64,000 nt of DNA, from positions 602,181-666,180 of the forward strand of contig NW_003314311.1 in assembly GCF_000143415.4 (NCBI RefSeq), in the 5' to 3' direction. The first letter of the stretch is position 1; each line of letters opens with the position of its first letter. Positions 48,501 to 62,876 of this stretch are shown here, piece by piece. The stretch comes from Selaginella moellendorffii. Lineage: Eukaryota; Plantae; Lycopodiophyta. Position numbers and translations under genes: made by a program. The notes under the pieces were generated by a model. That model ran no database searches and had not been told where the DNA came from. It was given only the letters and a program-made list of their open reading frames with translations.

Positions 48501-51500
48501 ACTCCACTTCGGACCCGAACTTGGGTCCATCTCGGACACTTCCACGTGTCATATGTTGGTCCTTTTTGGGTCCCTTTTTAAAGCCTTGCTTATTGCTCGC
48601 TTCGTGCTTGTTCCTCAAGCACTATAGTTGGGAGTTCCACTCCCGCTCTCAACCTTTCGAGTCGGAGCTTTTAGTCCAAACGTGTTACGCTCGTTTGGTT
48701 TTCGCTTCGGCCACCACCACATGGCACCCTTCCGGCTCCACTTTGGGGCCTAGGGATTTTGTGTCTCACACCGAGATAGAGTCCGAGGTTGAGACCGAGA
48801 CCGAGACCAGGACCGAGATTGAGACCGGGACCGGGACCGAGACCGAGACCGAGACTGAGGCCGAGGCCGAGACCGAGCCCGAGCCTGAGTTTGAGTCCAA
48901 GTCTGAGTCCGAGTCTGAGTCCAAGGGTGAAAGCCCAAAGTGTTCATCTCCATGACCCTAGGGGGTTTGGTGAGCTCTAAAAGTATAGTAGGGGGAGGAC
49001 TCTAATGGAGCCAGTTTGGCCTAAGAAGGCTGTGCCCAGGTGTTAGGTGATGGGATAACCACTGAGAAGTCCAAGGCTAGAGTGAATATGGACTGACAAA
49101 CGAGGTAACTTGGTGAAGTGTTCAAGAGCCAGCTCTAGTTCCCCTGGGAGATCGAATGGTCAATGCTCTTAGTCCAAGTGTGGGTGGCACTACCTACTTT
49201 GATACCTAGTGTGGCTTAACAGAACCTCGCTCTAAACCCATGGCTAGAACACCAAAAGGCAGAAGGTGAGGAGAGTACCCATGAGGCTCGTGTAAGGCTA
49301 TGGTGTTCCAAAATGTTGTCCCAAAGTCCCAGACTGTGGAAAGGAAGAGAAGAAATCCTCTAGTGTAGTGACTAAGGATACGATCACATGGTGAGGAAGT
49401 CCCCAAGGATAGTGGGACTTAGAGGTCGGGCCTGTGGGCCTTATTCCAGTGGCAGTGTGGCAGTGTGAATAGAAAGGGACTTGGTGAGGACTGAAAAAGG
49501 GATATTGGGGAAGGTTGTTCCCTATGTCTACAAACATCTTAAGAATGCTAAGGAGTGGATCTGGGATGACCACTCAAAAACGGATGGCCTAGTTTTGGAG
49601 AGATAGGATTGTGATCCATGTGGTATTGGACCATCAATGTGGCAAAGGTGATGGGGCATGGCCTTAACATAATGGGTTGATATGTCAGTGGTACCTTTGA
49701 GTGTCGGTTATGGGATTGGACACGTGGAGCACTTAGACCAAGTGCAAAGGTTGAGTGGTAGAAATGCCATTCTCGAGGCTAACAAGCCCCAAGTCCGGAA
49801 TAGGACTTATAGAAGTTGTGAGTGAGACTCTTCCAAGTAGTCAAAGGTGTAGTTAAGTGACTAAAGTGGAATGGAAAATTTAGTTGCTTACAATTTGGTA
49901 TCAAAGCTGTTCCTTAGTCTAAATCTTATTGGTGGCTAAGTATATCATCACTTGTATTGGAATTGGAAGGTCTAGATATGGATTTATCCTCAAGGAGTAG
50001 CATGTCAAGAGGACATGACTTTCCACTCAAGTTCATGCATGAACTTGTGTGCAATGTGGTGGATGGAAAAGGACCAGTAAGGGAACGACTTTGGGATCTT
50101 GGGAACAATATAAAGGTTTCCTTAGAGAGTTGAGGATGTGATATAGATGAGCATTTGACTAAGAAAATAGGCTAATGTAGTTATGGTAAACAACTATAGT
50201 TTGGATCACGGGAAAAATGCAAACTCCAAAACAATAAAGGAGTCACAAGATTACCCTCATATAGTTGAAGTTAGTGCTCATGAATTTGAGACCGGAATTG
50301 ATGACTGTGAGAGGTCAAATACAAAAGAGGACATAAGTCCTTGAAATAGTAGCCAAGGCTATCTTTTATAAATGCTAGAACAAACCCAAGGAGTTAGGGG
50401 TATACTTGGAGGATGAGTTGGTATTCTCATCACAAGGACGGATAGTCCTAAAGGGCAAAGGTAGCCCACAGAGAACAAAAAATAGTAAAGTGTTGGAGTG
50501 ACACTTATAAAGATGGTCCTTATGAGTAGAACATGAATACACAAAGTTGTATTTCAATGTGTTAGCACCTCAAAAATAAGACCTTACGGGTCATTGGATT
50601 GGCAAAGTCCAGAAATGTTAGATAACTCGAGTAGAATCAAAGAATGGTCCTAAGGGATTGGTAAAAGCACTTGGACTGAGGTGTGTGGTGCCCCACAAAG
50701 GATGGGGAGGATCATAAGATCTAAGTATGAGGACAGTGAATATATCATTAATGGTAGAATGTGTCATGCTAAAGTTGTGGGGAAGGTGTCCCCAGAAAAA
50801 AACAACTTTAACACAAAGTTGTGTGTAAACTATGTGGTGCAGTGCTAATGGATAGTTGGCATGAGAAAAAACTATATTGGTCTTCACAAGGACCTAGACA
50901 CAAATAAGAAGTGTCATAAAGGTAGGCTCGTGGAGCCAATGGTATGGAGACACCGAATGTGCCAAGGAGTGATGCTTTAAGGTGAAGTTGGCAGGTTTAT
51001 GAGAACCTCTTCCCAAAGGAATCCTAATGGAAATGGGAATGGCATAGCCTAAGCTGGAAAGCATGCCATTGGAGTGGGGTGACCCAAATAATGATGGAGG
51101 TGTGGAAGCACCAGCAATGAGTTGTAGGACTTGACAATTATGAGGTAACTAAGTAAAAGGTGCAAAATAATTGGTTAAACTGGTAGAAGGTAACTACCTA
51201 AGACTTCTTATTGGGATAAAGAAGTTAAATATACCCGTATGGGGGATAAATTACTTATGTTGCGATATAATAAGTCAATGTCATAAAGGGAATACTCATT
51301 GTCAAATATGCCATCATTGGGACACCCAAACACTCTAGAACACCAAGAGGTGGTGTTTGGTGTCATGAAGGCCATGGATAAGGCCCAAGGGACTCAGTTC
51401 CTAGCGAATGATGGATAGGAAGTGTTATCCAAATGTCCAAGGTTGTGGAGACGGGAAAAGTCTGTATACCCAAATTGGACAAAGCCAAGAATGGGATTTT

Positions 51501-54500
51501 GGCAAGGCTAGTGATGGGCATATAAAGGTTTATAAGTAACAATGTTAATCCCGGTGTGTAGGATTATAAGGTGAGCATACCTAGATTGAGGAACCATTCC
51601 CTAGGCTATCAAGTGGGTTCATTCTTATGAATACTTGCTAAGGTATGGTAGAAAGTGTAAAACTATCCTCTTAGTCTTGAAGAAAATAATCAAAGGAAAT
51701 GTGTGAAGCCAAAAGCAAATAGTAAGAGGATAAAATTGAACCATAGAAATCGACAAGCATAACCAAGGGTGATTATACAAGTTGGGAGTGGAATATCAAG
51801 TGGGTGCTCGAGCATGTTATTACTAGCGATCGGGATGCCATGGAGAGTTTAAAACATGGGATTGTCCATGTTAAACCATATAGCAATTGGAAAGCTTGCA
51901 AAAGGAGAGGCCTTAGCAAGCTAAGGAACAGAGTTCCTTGAAGGTTCCCCTAGGTAGATAAATAATCAGAAATCCAAATGTAAATAATTCATAGAGTGCA
52001 CGAAATCAAAGTGGCACAGCAGAAGCATGGTCTTGAAGCTTGCCAAGAGACAAGGCTATCAAGGTTGGGGAAGTAGTTCCCAAGTGTTCAAAGAGAAGGT
52101 TTTGAATGAAAGTCGATAGTTAAGGACTTTCACACTTATGCATGAACTATATTACAATTATCAAATGACTTGTTAAGTAAGATTGGCAAGTCGGGCTAGT
52201 TGAAAGAGCCAACTTCAAAATGGGTGGCCCATGGAGGAGTCCATGTATAATCACAAACTTGTTAAGTGAGAGGACTTGGCAATGTGGAGGAACTAGATTC
52301 CTAAGCTGTGATCTGTAGCGCACTTTAAATATAAGTTGGTGCATCAGCATGGGAAGTGACGCCAAACATCCTATGTGATGCTGTCTATAGATGCATATAC
52401 GAAGGTTGGGTTCAAGTCCCAACCCTCTAGTGCTTGGGTTTGAGTCCCAACTCACTAAGGCATGGTGATGGGTTGGAATATGAGGACACTCATTTTTTGG
52501 TGGTTATGGACTCTCAGTAAGGAGACTGGCTTGGGCACACTGCCAAGCGAGGGATGCCCCGAAGTCGTGATACACAGTTAAATTGCTTAGTGTGAAAGCT
52601 CGGCATATCTAACTTGAACACTTTGGTGCAAGTGGCACTAAGGACGTGGTGAATGAGATGGGGACATCCAGTCTCAGTTGTTATGGACCCTTGGCCAGAA
52701 GGGCTAGCTTGGGTGCACCGCCAAGTGTAGGGGATACCCCCGTGGTCATGGTGAACAACTGAAAGGTCTGGAAGACTTAATATCTATTAAGAAACCTATT
52801 AAAGTGCCAAGGTTAAATCATTAGGTGATCTTATGGCTAACTAAGGATAAAGTCCTTGTGAAGTTAAGGAATAAGGTTCTTAGTTCAAAATGTTGATTTG
52901 AACTATTGATGATGGTGTGGCTTGGGCAAGGGGACCAAGTGGGAAGAACACCTAAGGGAAATGACCTATGTCAATGCAATGGCATAATAAGTCAGAGGAA
53001 AGTAGTTTCTATAAAAGATCCATGAGAGGGTCTCAAAGTTGGGCCGTAGATAGAGCCCATAGCAGAAAATGTTAAAGAGACGTATTAAAGGTGAACACCC
53101 TCTAGACTTGACAAAGCAAAGTGTTTGCTATGGAACCAAAAGGATACCTCGAGAATGGAGGTAACGATCCTATGTTACTAGGTGCAACAATCAAAGATAA
53201 AAACAAAAGACTAGTGGCTAAGACAAAAGCTATGGGAATCATGGGAAAAAATCCAAATGGCAAAGTTAGGCCAAAAATACTAGTGTGTTGGGTGCTAACG
53301 GATTGTGGGAAAAACAATGTGTTCCCAAGGATGGATTCCTAATTGCTCCGATTTGGCGAAAGTGGAAGATCCAAGGGAGGGAGTGGTATGGTAGCTAAAT
53401 GATAAGGTTGTAGACAGCCTTAGCATAAATTATGATAATTAGAACTTAGTGCCAAAAGTGGCACGAAATAAAAGAAAGGATGATGGTGCCCTCAAGTAGA
53501 GAACTTCCTAGAATGGGGAAGTGGAGTTGCACAATATATGCAATGCAAGGTGTCGGAGACACCTAGGAAATCGACTCTGAGAAGTCAAAATTAAAAGTTC
53601 CAAAGTGCAAAAGTTATATCGATGGAAACTAAGACTACTCGAGAATGAGTAGTGGGATTGAAATAGAGAAAGTGCCTCTATCAGGTTTGGTGAAAACTAA
53701 ACCAATAAAACAAGAGAAACCACCACAAGTGGTCGAATAAGTATCTAAGTTGGAGAGACTATGCTCTTTAGAGGATGGGTAAGGCATGGTGGGCCTTTGG
53801 TGTCAAACCATTGACGAATATTGGCAAAGTGCCAAGGATGGAAAGGGTAATACATGTTATTATTACTTTATAAAATAGTTTATCCTTCTATGAGGACATT
53901 AAACTTTGTCTATAGGTGGTGGAGTTGTGAGACACAAATCCTTAAACCCCAAAGTGGAGCCAAAAGGGTGTTGTGGTAGTGGCCGAAGCGAAAGCCAAAC
54001 GAGTATAATACGTTTGGACTAAAAGCTCCGACTTGAAGAGTTGAGAGCAAGAGTGGAACTCCTGTCGGACTGCTCAAGGAACAAGCATGAAGCGAGCAAT
54101 AAGAGAGTCTCTAGAAAAGGGACACAAAAGGACCATCACATGACACATGGTGGAGTCTGAGATGGACCGAGATGGAGTTTGAGATGGACCCGAGATGGAA
54201 TCTGAAATGGACCCAAGATGGAGTCCGAGATGGACCCGAGATGGAGTCTGAGATGGACCTAAGATGGAGTCCAAGATGGATCGAGACGGAGTCCGAGATG
54301 GAATCCGAGATGGAGTCCAAAAAGGACCCAAGATGGAGTCCAAGGTCGAGACCGAGACCAAGACCGGGACCGAAACCGAAACCGAGATCGGGACCGAGAC
54401 CGAGGTCAAGGCCAAGACTGAACCCGAGCCCGAGTCCGAGTCCGAGGGTGAAAGCCCAAAGCGTTCGTCTCCCAGACCCTGGGGGGTTTGGTGAGCTCCA

Positions 54501-55421
54501 AAAATATAGTAGGGGGAGGACTCTAGTAGAGCCAATTTGGCCCAAGAAGGTTGTGCTCAGGTGTTGGGTGATGGGATAACCATTAGGAAGTCCAAGGCTA
54601 GAGTGAATATGGACTGACAAGCGGAGTAGCTTGGTGAAGTGTTCAAGAGCCGACTCTAGTTCCCCCAGAAGATCGAATGGCCGATGCTCCCAGTCCAAAT
54701 ATGGGTAGCATTACCTACTTGGATACTTGGCGTGGCTCAATGGAACCTTGCTCTAAGCCCATGGTTAGAGAACCAAAAAGCAAAAGGTGAGGAGAGTACC
54801 CATGAGGCTCACGTAAGGCCACGGTGTTCCGAAATGTTGTCATAAAGTCCCAGATTGTGAAAAGGAAGAGGAACAATCCTCTAGTGCAGTGACTAAGGAT
54901 ATAGTCACATAGTGAGGAAGTCCCCAAGGATAGTGGGACTTAGAAGTCGGGCCTGTGGGCCTTATTCTAGTGGCAATGTTGGTGAGCACAACCATGGATA
55001 GAAAGGGACTTAGTGGGGACTGAAAAAGGGATATTGGGGAAGGCTATTCCCCATGTCTGCAGACATCTTAAGGATGCTAAGGAGTGGATCTAGGATGACC
55101 ACTCATAGACCGATGGCCTAGTCTTGGAGAGATAGGACTGTGATCCATGTGGTATTCGACCATTAGTGCGGCAAAGGTGATGAGACATGGCCTTAACATA
55201 ACAAGTTGATATGTCAGTAGTACCTTTGAGTGTCGGTCATAGGATCAGACACATGGAGCACTTGGACCAAGTGCAAAGATTGAGTGGCAGGGATGCCATT
55301 CTCAAAGCTAGCAAGCCCCGAGTCCGAAATAAGACTTATGAAGGTTGTGAGTGAGACTCCTCAAAGTAGTCGGAGGTGTGGTTAAGTGACTAAAGTGGAA
55401 TGGAAAATTTAATCGCTTACA
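39527..55421 (+). mobile_element. LARD copy D (full length), 5' LTR interrupted by copy E
   Basis: 5' LTR 39527-40220 plus 48776-49892, PBS TGGTATCAAAGC ~49896, PPT, 3' LTR 53926-55421. No matching TSD; an adjacent deletion in the host LTR may explain this. Confidence 0.82.
40221..48770 (-). mobile_element. LARD copy E (young, full length) with a 741-bp tandem duplication spanning the PBS
   Basis: Perfect TSD CCGAG (40216-40220 and 48771-48775); LTRs 40221-42141 and 46944-48770; a second PBS plus partial LTR at ~46188-46596. Confidence 0.9.
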
Positions 55422-56788
55422 CTAAAAGAACTTCCTAGTGGTTATCTCATCACCCAACACTTGAGTACAACCTTCTTGGGCTAAACTAGCCTTTCCTAGC
55501 TAAATTGGCTCCATTGGGGTCCAACCTCCACACTCTCCCTATTATACTTTTGGAACCCCCTACACCCCCCGGAGGGATGATCGGTTTAGGCTTTTATCGA
55601 ACAATTTGTATTTGTATTCAGACTTGGATTTGGACTCTGTCTCGGTCTCAGTCTTGGTTCCATCTTAGACTCCATCTCGGACTCCATCTCAGGTCCATCT
55701 CCGACTCCATCTCGGGTTCATCTCAGACTCCATCTCGGGTCCATCTTGGGTCCATCTCGGATTGCATCTTGGACACTTCCACATATCATGTGTTGATCCT
55801 TTTGTGTCCCTTCTTTAAAGACTCGCTTATTACTCATTTCATAATTGTTCATCGAGCACTTCATTAGGAGTTCCACTCCCCCTCTCAACATTTCAAGTTA
55901 GAGTTTTTAGTCCATAAGTGTTACTTCTTTGGCTTCCACATCAGCCACTACCACGTGGCACCCTTTTGGCTCTTCTTTGGGGCCTAGAAATTTATGTCTC
56001 ATAAGGGGATGATGTGAGGTTTAGATGTATGATGCCATATACTAATATTAGTGTATTGGGATTTTGATAATTGTCAAATTATTTTCAATCTAGACCACTC
56101 GTTCCTGTATATAAACTAGGGTTTTTGGGCTAATTGATATACACATTTCATACACTCATATAATTAGTTCTAAATTGTTATATTAATAATATTTTAAGTA
56201 GTATTAACAATAAAAATAATAGAATATTATCTTTCCAAAGAAAACCATCCATTCCTATATAGCATAGTAAAAGATTTTATATTAGAAAAAAAAATTTTAA
56301 ACCACTTTAATTATGAATGTAAAATAGTGAACCATATTAAAAACCATTTCTAATATGCATGTAAAACACCTGTAGTTGTAACTAAAAATATGACCCATTT
56401 CAAAAACCATCTATAAAGAGGATCTATCTAAGCTAGTCTACTTGAAAGTAACTGTTAAGGATGTTAATGAACTTAGAAGTGTGTAGTCAAAGAAAAATCC
56501 TCAAAAGTTCACAATTCATTATGAAATCACAGTACTCTTAAAAATATGATTTTTGAGCCCAAATACCTTGTTTTTGAGAACTCAAACCATGGTGGCTAGA
56601 GCAATATCCTCTAGCTATTAGATTTATTGTGTGGACTTGAGGGGGCATTATGGGGGGAAAAACTATATATCATATAACAATTATTGAACTCCTTTTTTAT
56701 TTTATTTATGGATTGTTAATCATTATTTTCTTGCATTTAAAACTTCCAGGCCAACTAAGATAGGATCCACTAATACATTTAAAGTCTT

Positions 56789-57092
56789 TGTAAGTAACCA
56801 AAGAGAACAATTGAGAACCCTACTCTCTTGATACCCTACCCCTTGGGTTGAATTATAGCTCTCAAATTTTATTTATGCCGCAAGGAAGCATGATGAATTG
56901 TAAGCAACCAAAGAGAATAACTCAAAAGATAATTTATAAATGTTCAAATATAAAGGGAAAGGGCCCATAAACAAAAGTGCACCCTTTTTTTTAATTGGTT
57001 AAGGGTTTTAGAATAATTGAGGTTAAGTGTCTTTGAGTTTGAATAATACTTAGCTGGGTGACATCCGGGAAGTCCAAATTCAGGAGCTTACA
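56789..57092 (+). mobile_element. Rearranged, degenerate Cassandra TRIM
   Basis: 194-bp LTR at 56899-57092 with the 5S-like segment, preceded by a short LTR start and an inverted internal fragment. Confidence 0.7.
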
Positions 57093-57610
57093 ATCTCTAT
57101 TCTTACTCTAATAACGATCATTTTTACTAGTAGTATCCACCACCACCTTTTATTTATATATAATAAATAATACCATCATTTTTGGTTTTGACTTTGAATA
57201 TATCAATCTGTTCTATAGTAAACCTTTTATCTAGATCCCAAGATAGCAAACCCTACAACAAATCTACTATATCCTTCTTTTCAATAATTTTATATTAGTC
57301 TCTCTCAAAAAACTTTTTCATTTTATCCACCACCTTCATTCTCATCCCAGCTCATATCAAGATTTCTATGGACTGCAAAAGGGTTCCTTACAAATAGAAC
57401 TCCAACTCCCCACATGTCCACACCTTTCTCAATCTTCTTAATCTTCTTAGAAATAACTTTTGAAGCCCTAAAACCTTTGGTGCCTCCTCAAGCAAGAAAA
57501 TCTCCTATCTTTACCATAAAGTTGCTATGAACTTAAGGTGGATGTCCTATACAAATTCTCACTTTTGCAAACTTGCCAAGCCCACTAAATTGGAATATGA
57601 TTTCCTTGAT

Positions 57611-60548
57611 TGTTAGAACCTAATGAAAAATTACCATGCTAACGCAGAGTAGATTGCCACCCACACCCCCAAGCCCTCTGTGCCACTGCTCATAGCTGTG
57701 AGCACACCATAACCCCCAAAAGCCCTTTGATTAGTTGTGAATTAATTTCTGTAAAATAAACTTACTAAACTTAAATTAGTCATACTTTAAGCTATGTGAA
57801 TTAACATTTTATAACAATCCTCCCTCCAACCAAAGTCCTTATATGCAAGGACTACTTAGTGATTAATAAACTTGTGGTAATAACCAGCTATTCCCAAGAA
57901 ACTCCTCAACTCAACAACATTTATTAGAGTCAGCTATTCCTCAATGATAGCAATCTTTTGTGGATAAATCTTGACTTTATCAGTAAAGACAATATGGTCT
58001 AAATACTCACATTCAAATTGCACAAACTTGTATTTACTCTTCTTAGCATAAAGTTTATGCTTGCATAACAATTCCAACACTTTACACAAGTGGTCTATGC
58101 TTAATCATATTCTTACTAAAAATAAGAATATCATCAAGGAAGATCTCCACAAAGTCATGCAAATACTCCCTAAACATGGGTCATGAGCCATATAAAAGTT
58201 GCTAGTCACCATAAATTCAAAATGCCTAAAACTCATAGAGAAAGATGATTTTGCAATATCTATATCATTTAGAGCAATTTGATGATAACCACTTTGCAAG
58301 TTGATATTGGTGAAAACTATGGTTTCCCCAAGTCTATCCAAGATATCATCTATGCATGGCATCAACATTTTATCCTTGACTGTCTTTTTATTTGAAGTAT
58401 GGTAATTGATACACATTCGTATTGAGTTGTCTTTCTTTTTAACAAGCAAGACCAGTGCTCCAAATGGAGACTTGTTTGGCTGAATAAAGCTGTACTCAAG
58501 CAACTCAGTCACTTGACACTTAGTATGATTTAGCCGAAATGGTCATTAATAGATTGGCTTGCCTAGTTCTAGCACAATTTCATGCTCAACTCCACACAAA
58601 GGTGGTAGGCCATGTGGTTGCTCAGCTGGGAACATGTCCTTGAACTCCTTGAAGTTCCTCCACTACTGCTAATTCTCCACGCAAAAACTTTGATGTATCC
58701 AACTCTCAGATATACATCAAAAAGAGCTCATTCTCTTTATTGCACATTCAAAGACATTGCCAATATCAACTTGGTTAAGCTTGGAATGTTGCTTCCAAAC
58801 CAAATATCATGTACACTACCATACTCAAGCTTCACATATCTAAGGCTCCACTTAATCTCGGGATCAACAAGCATGTGCCATCACATGCCAAGGATCATGT
58901 CCACATGACATAAATCCGCAAGGAAGAAATCTTCCACCATGGTGATCTTGCCAACTTTCACTAATAGGTTATGCACCACACCATTCCACTGCTGGTTCTT
59001 GGTGGCAGCTCCAAAAATTCTAAGGAATCACTTTAGTCACTAGCAGCTTGTACTCCTTGACCAGCTTTGCTAAAACAAAATTGTCAAAACTGCCATTGTC
59101 CAATAGAATGTATATGAACTATTTCCCATCAATCCCTCAATGAGATTTATCATCACTTCAAATCCTATTGAGTGTATGGGCAATCATGAAGATATATTTC
59201 TTGTCTGGATTCTCCTTATATTGCATTTCATAGACTTTCCTACTCAAAGCTCTAGCATTCGTATTGAAAGGCTTGTTCTTCTTTTTCAACAGAGGATAAT
59301 CTACCTTCTAATGGCCTTCCTCACCACACTTCTGGCAATGATTATGCATTTTCTTGGTAATTTGAGGCTTCTTGCTATTGCCTTGACCACCATTACCACT
59401 GCCACCTTCCACATGAGACATCAAACCCCCACTACCACCACTACTCTCAGGAGGGGCTCCTCCCATGTTTGGCACCCTTGTCCTGAGGACATGGCTCCCT
59501 CATCCACCAAGTTCCAAGCTTGTTCAAAAAGCTCCTCCAAAGACTTTGTTGCCTTGGAAGTTTTTAAGTGATCTCGCATCTCTTTGTTCATCTATAAAGT
59601 AGTCTTTCTAAACCTTCTCAGTGTAGTTGTTAGGCACATGACTCAGTAACATCTCAAACTTCTTGATGTACTTTTCCAGGCATAAATCGTCTTGCTTCAG
59701 TTACCAAAGCTTGCATCATGCATGAAAAGCATCATAGTGATGAGCAAATTCCTATTTGAAAGCTTCCTCAAATTCAATCAGCAACACCAAAGGTCCCTTG
59801 CCAGCAATGGTACATTGGTTCAAAAGGCAACTCCACCACTTTGTAGCCCAGCCTTTAAGTGCCACCTCTACGAGGATCAGTGCATCCTCATTCGGCAATC
59901 CTTGAATGTGAATCAGTTTCAAGGTCTTCCACAACCAGCTGAGCGCCTCATCCATAAGGACATTCAAACTCAAGAATCTGAGCTTGATCTATGACACAAC
60001 TCCTGCCACCTCAAGAATTCTCTATCTTCTTGATACGCTCATACATATCTGCCAAAGATCCATGCATATCAACTTCAAGGGTCTGGATATTGCTATTGAG
60101 GGCTTGTAATTCCAACACCACCTCATCCATCATCCAAGCCTCCACAGATGATTGATTAACAACTTCCTCCACATAATCCATAGTAGCAAACTCCTCTAAT
60201 ACCAATTGTTAAAACCTAATAAAGAATTACCATGCTTACGTAGAGCAGATCACTAACCAGCCACCCCCTCTGCACCACTGCTCACAGCTGTGAGCATGCT
60301 CCACTTCCACTGTATCCCCCAAAAGCCCTTGATTAGTTGTGAACTAATCTCTATAAAATAAACTGACTAAACTTAACTTAGTCATAGATGGATTAACATT
60401 AATCCCAGGATTATAATATTCAGAGCTTGTACCCTTCTTGAAATAAAAGCCCCTAAAATCATAGAGGTGCTCTAGTCTCCATCTTCCATTTTGAAAACTC
60501 TCACAGTGTTCTCATGCTTGTAGTACCTCTTGTGCTTAGGGTCTAACA
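57611..60548 (-). mobile_element. Deleted Ty3/gypsy LTR retrotransposon (gag-protease-partial RT pseudogene)
   Basis: Related LTRs at 60207-60548 and 57611-57816; PBS TGGTATTAGAG (minus, ~60194-60204); PPT GGTTGGAGGGAGGA. RT peptide SPFGALVLLVKKKDNSIRMCINY...LQSGYHQI in ORF 58105..58512. Stops and frameshifts; no integrase seen. Confidence 0.85.
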
Positions 60549-61328
60549 ATACTAATCTTCTGCCATCGCAGTACCTCATGAGCCCAAACTATGTTTAAAT
60601 TAAAATATTTTAGTTTATTATAAAGAAATGCTTACTTTCAAATGCATCTTCAGTTAAGGAAAAGGTTTTAAAACCTTTTGACTATATAAAGGTGTTTTTA
60701 ACTACACAGAGTCACTATAAACAAAACCAAATGATAATAAGCCTCAAATGGTACATGCACTTAACTAAGATCAAATGAAAGTTTTAAAGATCAACAGAAG
60801 CGAATCTAAAAAGCTTGTACTATGGAAAGGCTAGAAACAGTCTATGCATGGTTTGATTTACATGACATGGTAGATTCTAAGATTCTTTCATATCTATGGG
60901 AGAATGATGAGACAGACAAGTCTAGAAGCTTCACTAGCGAAGCATGGAGGTGGCAGAAGTCTACAGAAATAGTATAGAAGATTTAGTGATGGCAAGAATT
61001 ATTGTGGGAAATCAAAATCTTGATAGGAAGGAATAAGAAATTTTGAGAGCTTGGCACAATTTATCACAAGGCATGGCAGGAAATGTGGCAGAAACATGCA
61101 AAACAAACGTAAGTTAGTCAAAGATGGTGGGCATCATTACAGAGGCTTGAGGATAAGAATAGAGCAATCCGGCCAGGCCTGGACATAAATAGATCCATAA
61201 ATAGACCAAACAGTATATTGTTTTTGTTTCCTTCCCATTTGTTGTGTTGCATTTATTTTGTTCCAGGCGGCTAAACCAGTGTCATATCCCACATATATTA
61301 TCCTTTGCTCAAAGCATTAGAAGCAGCA

Positions 61329-62876
61329 ATGGAGCTCCTCCAGCTAGTACTAGTAGGCTTACTTTCGCTCGTTCTCTACAAATTGGTGGGCATTCTTCTC
61401 TTTAAGAACAATGGCAGCAGACCCCCTTCCCCAGGATTTTGTGTTCCAATCTTGGGTCATTTGCCTCTCCTCGGCAATCTCCCTCACATCTCCCTTCTTA
61501 ATCTCTCCAGGAAGTTTGGAGGACTCATGCACCTCAAGCTCGGGCAAGTTGACACACTGGTCATCTCTTGCCCGGACGCCGCAAGAGAGCTTCTCAAGTT
61601 CCAAGACATCGCAACTTCTTCCAGGCCCGCGATCTCTTCCGCGAGATACTTTGGCTATGGAGGTGCCGGATTGGCCTGGGCGCCTTATGGGGAGCACTGG
61701 AGGAGCATCCGGAAGCTGTGCACTCTGGAGCTCCTCACGGCCAAGCGTGTCGAGTTCTTCCAGCCCATTCGCAAACAGGAGACCAGGATCTTCCTCCGCG
61801 AGCTTCTGGCGATGGCGGAGGAGGGCCGGGAGGTCGATTTGTCAACGATGATCAAGGATGTTACGTTCAACACCATCGCCAAGATGGTGATGAGCAAGAG
61901 CTACTCGGCCGGGAGCGCGACGAGCAAGGAAGAGATGGAGGAGGCCTTGTTCTTCAACCGGGCAATCACTCGCGCGTTTGAGCTCGGTGGTAGCATGCAC
62001 ATTGGTGATTTTGTTCCTTGGCTGGGATGGATGGACACGCAGGTTGCAAAGATCGAGGAAGTCCAGCACAGGATCGACCTGTTCTTGCAAAAGGAGATTG
62101 ACACTCATCGCAAGAACTTTGGTGGCCAGCCGAAGGACTTTATCGACTTGATGATGTCCACGGGGGAGTTGACGGACGCTTCGCTTAAGGCAGTTTCGCT
62201 GGTACGTTGTAGTAAAGCTGTATGAAAATCTTTCTATGGACGGGAAAGTTGACGTGAAACTTTGCTGTGTGTTTAAGGACATGATCGCGGCTGGAACGGA
62301 CACTTCGGCTGTTCTGATAGAGTGGGCGATGGCGGAGCTAATCAAGAACCCAGAATTCATGGACAAGGCTCGCAAGGAACTCAAGCAAGTGATTGGCGAT
62401 GGAAAGCTCATGGAAGACGAGGATATTTCCAGGCTCGAGTTCTTGCAAGCAATCGTCAAAGAGACTTTCCGGCTCCATCCGCCAGTTCCACTCTTGCTCC
62501 CTCATGAATCGATCGAGAGTTTTAGAGCTGGAGGATACACGTTCCCTGCCAGAACAAGGATCTTGATCAATGCCTACGCGATCGGGCGTGACAAATCCAC
62601 ATGGAGGGATGCATCCAGGTTTGATCCGGATAGATTTCTGGGGAGCTGTGTGGATGTCAAGGGCCAGCACTTTGAGCTCTTGCCATTTGGAGCCGGGAGG
62701 AGGGGTTGCCCGGGGATTCATCTCGGTTTGACCACCGTTTACTACATTCTGGGCAATTTGGTTCATGCGTTTGACTGGATATGTCCGAGGTGTTTGGTTT
62801 GACCGTGCCCAGGGCTTGTCCGCTCAAAGTTTTTCCGGTTGCAAGACCACCAACAAAAGCACTCAACATACATTAA
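61329..62876 (+). pseudogene. Cytochrome P450, CYP71 clan (A-type); C-terminus frameshifted by a small deletion, so probably a pseudogene or truncated allele
   Basis: N-terminal TM, PPSP hinge, WRSIR, phase-0 intron 62202-62277, AGTDTS, ETFR, DPDRF, heme motif FGAGRRGCPG. In-frame stop at 62802; the true tail LDMSEVFGLTVPRACPL... is in another frame ending at 62876. Confidence 0.85.

Larger units (their letters stand above)
29407..56002 (-). mobile_element. LARD copy B (older, internally deleted), host of nested copies C, D and E
   Basis: LTR terminus at 29407, internal region ~29915-32145, PBS complement GATACCA near 32138. The other LTR is split into 32147-32197, 38833-39526 and 55422-56002. 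Imperfect TSD AGAGG/AGGGG. Confidence 0.65.
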
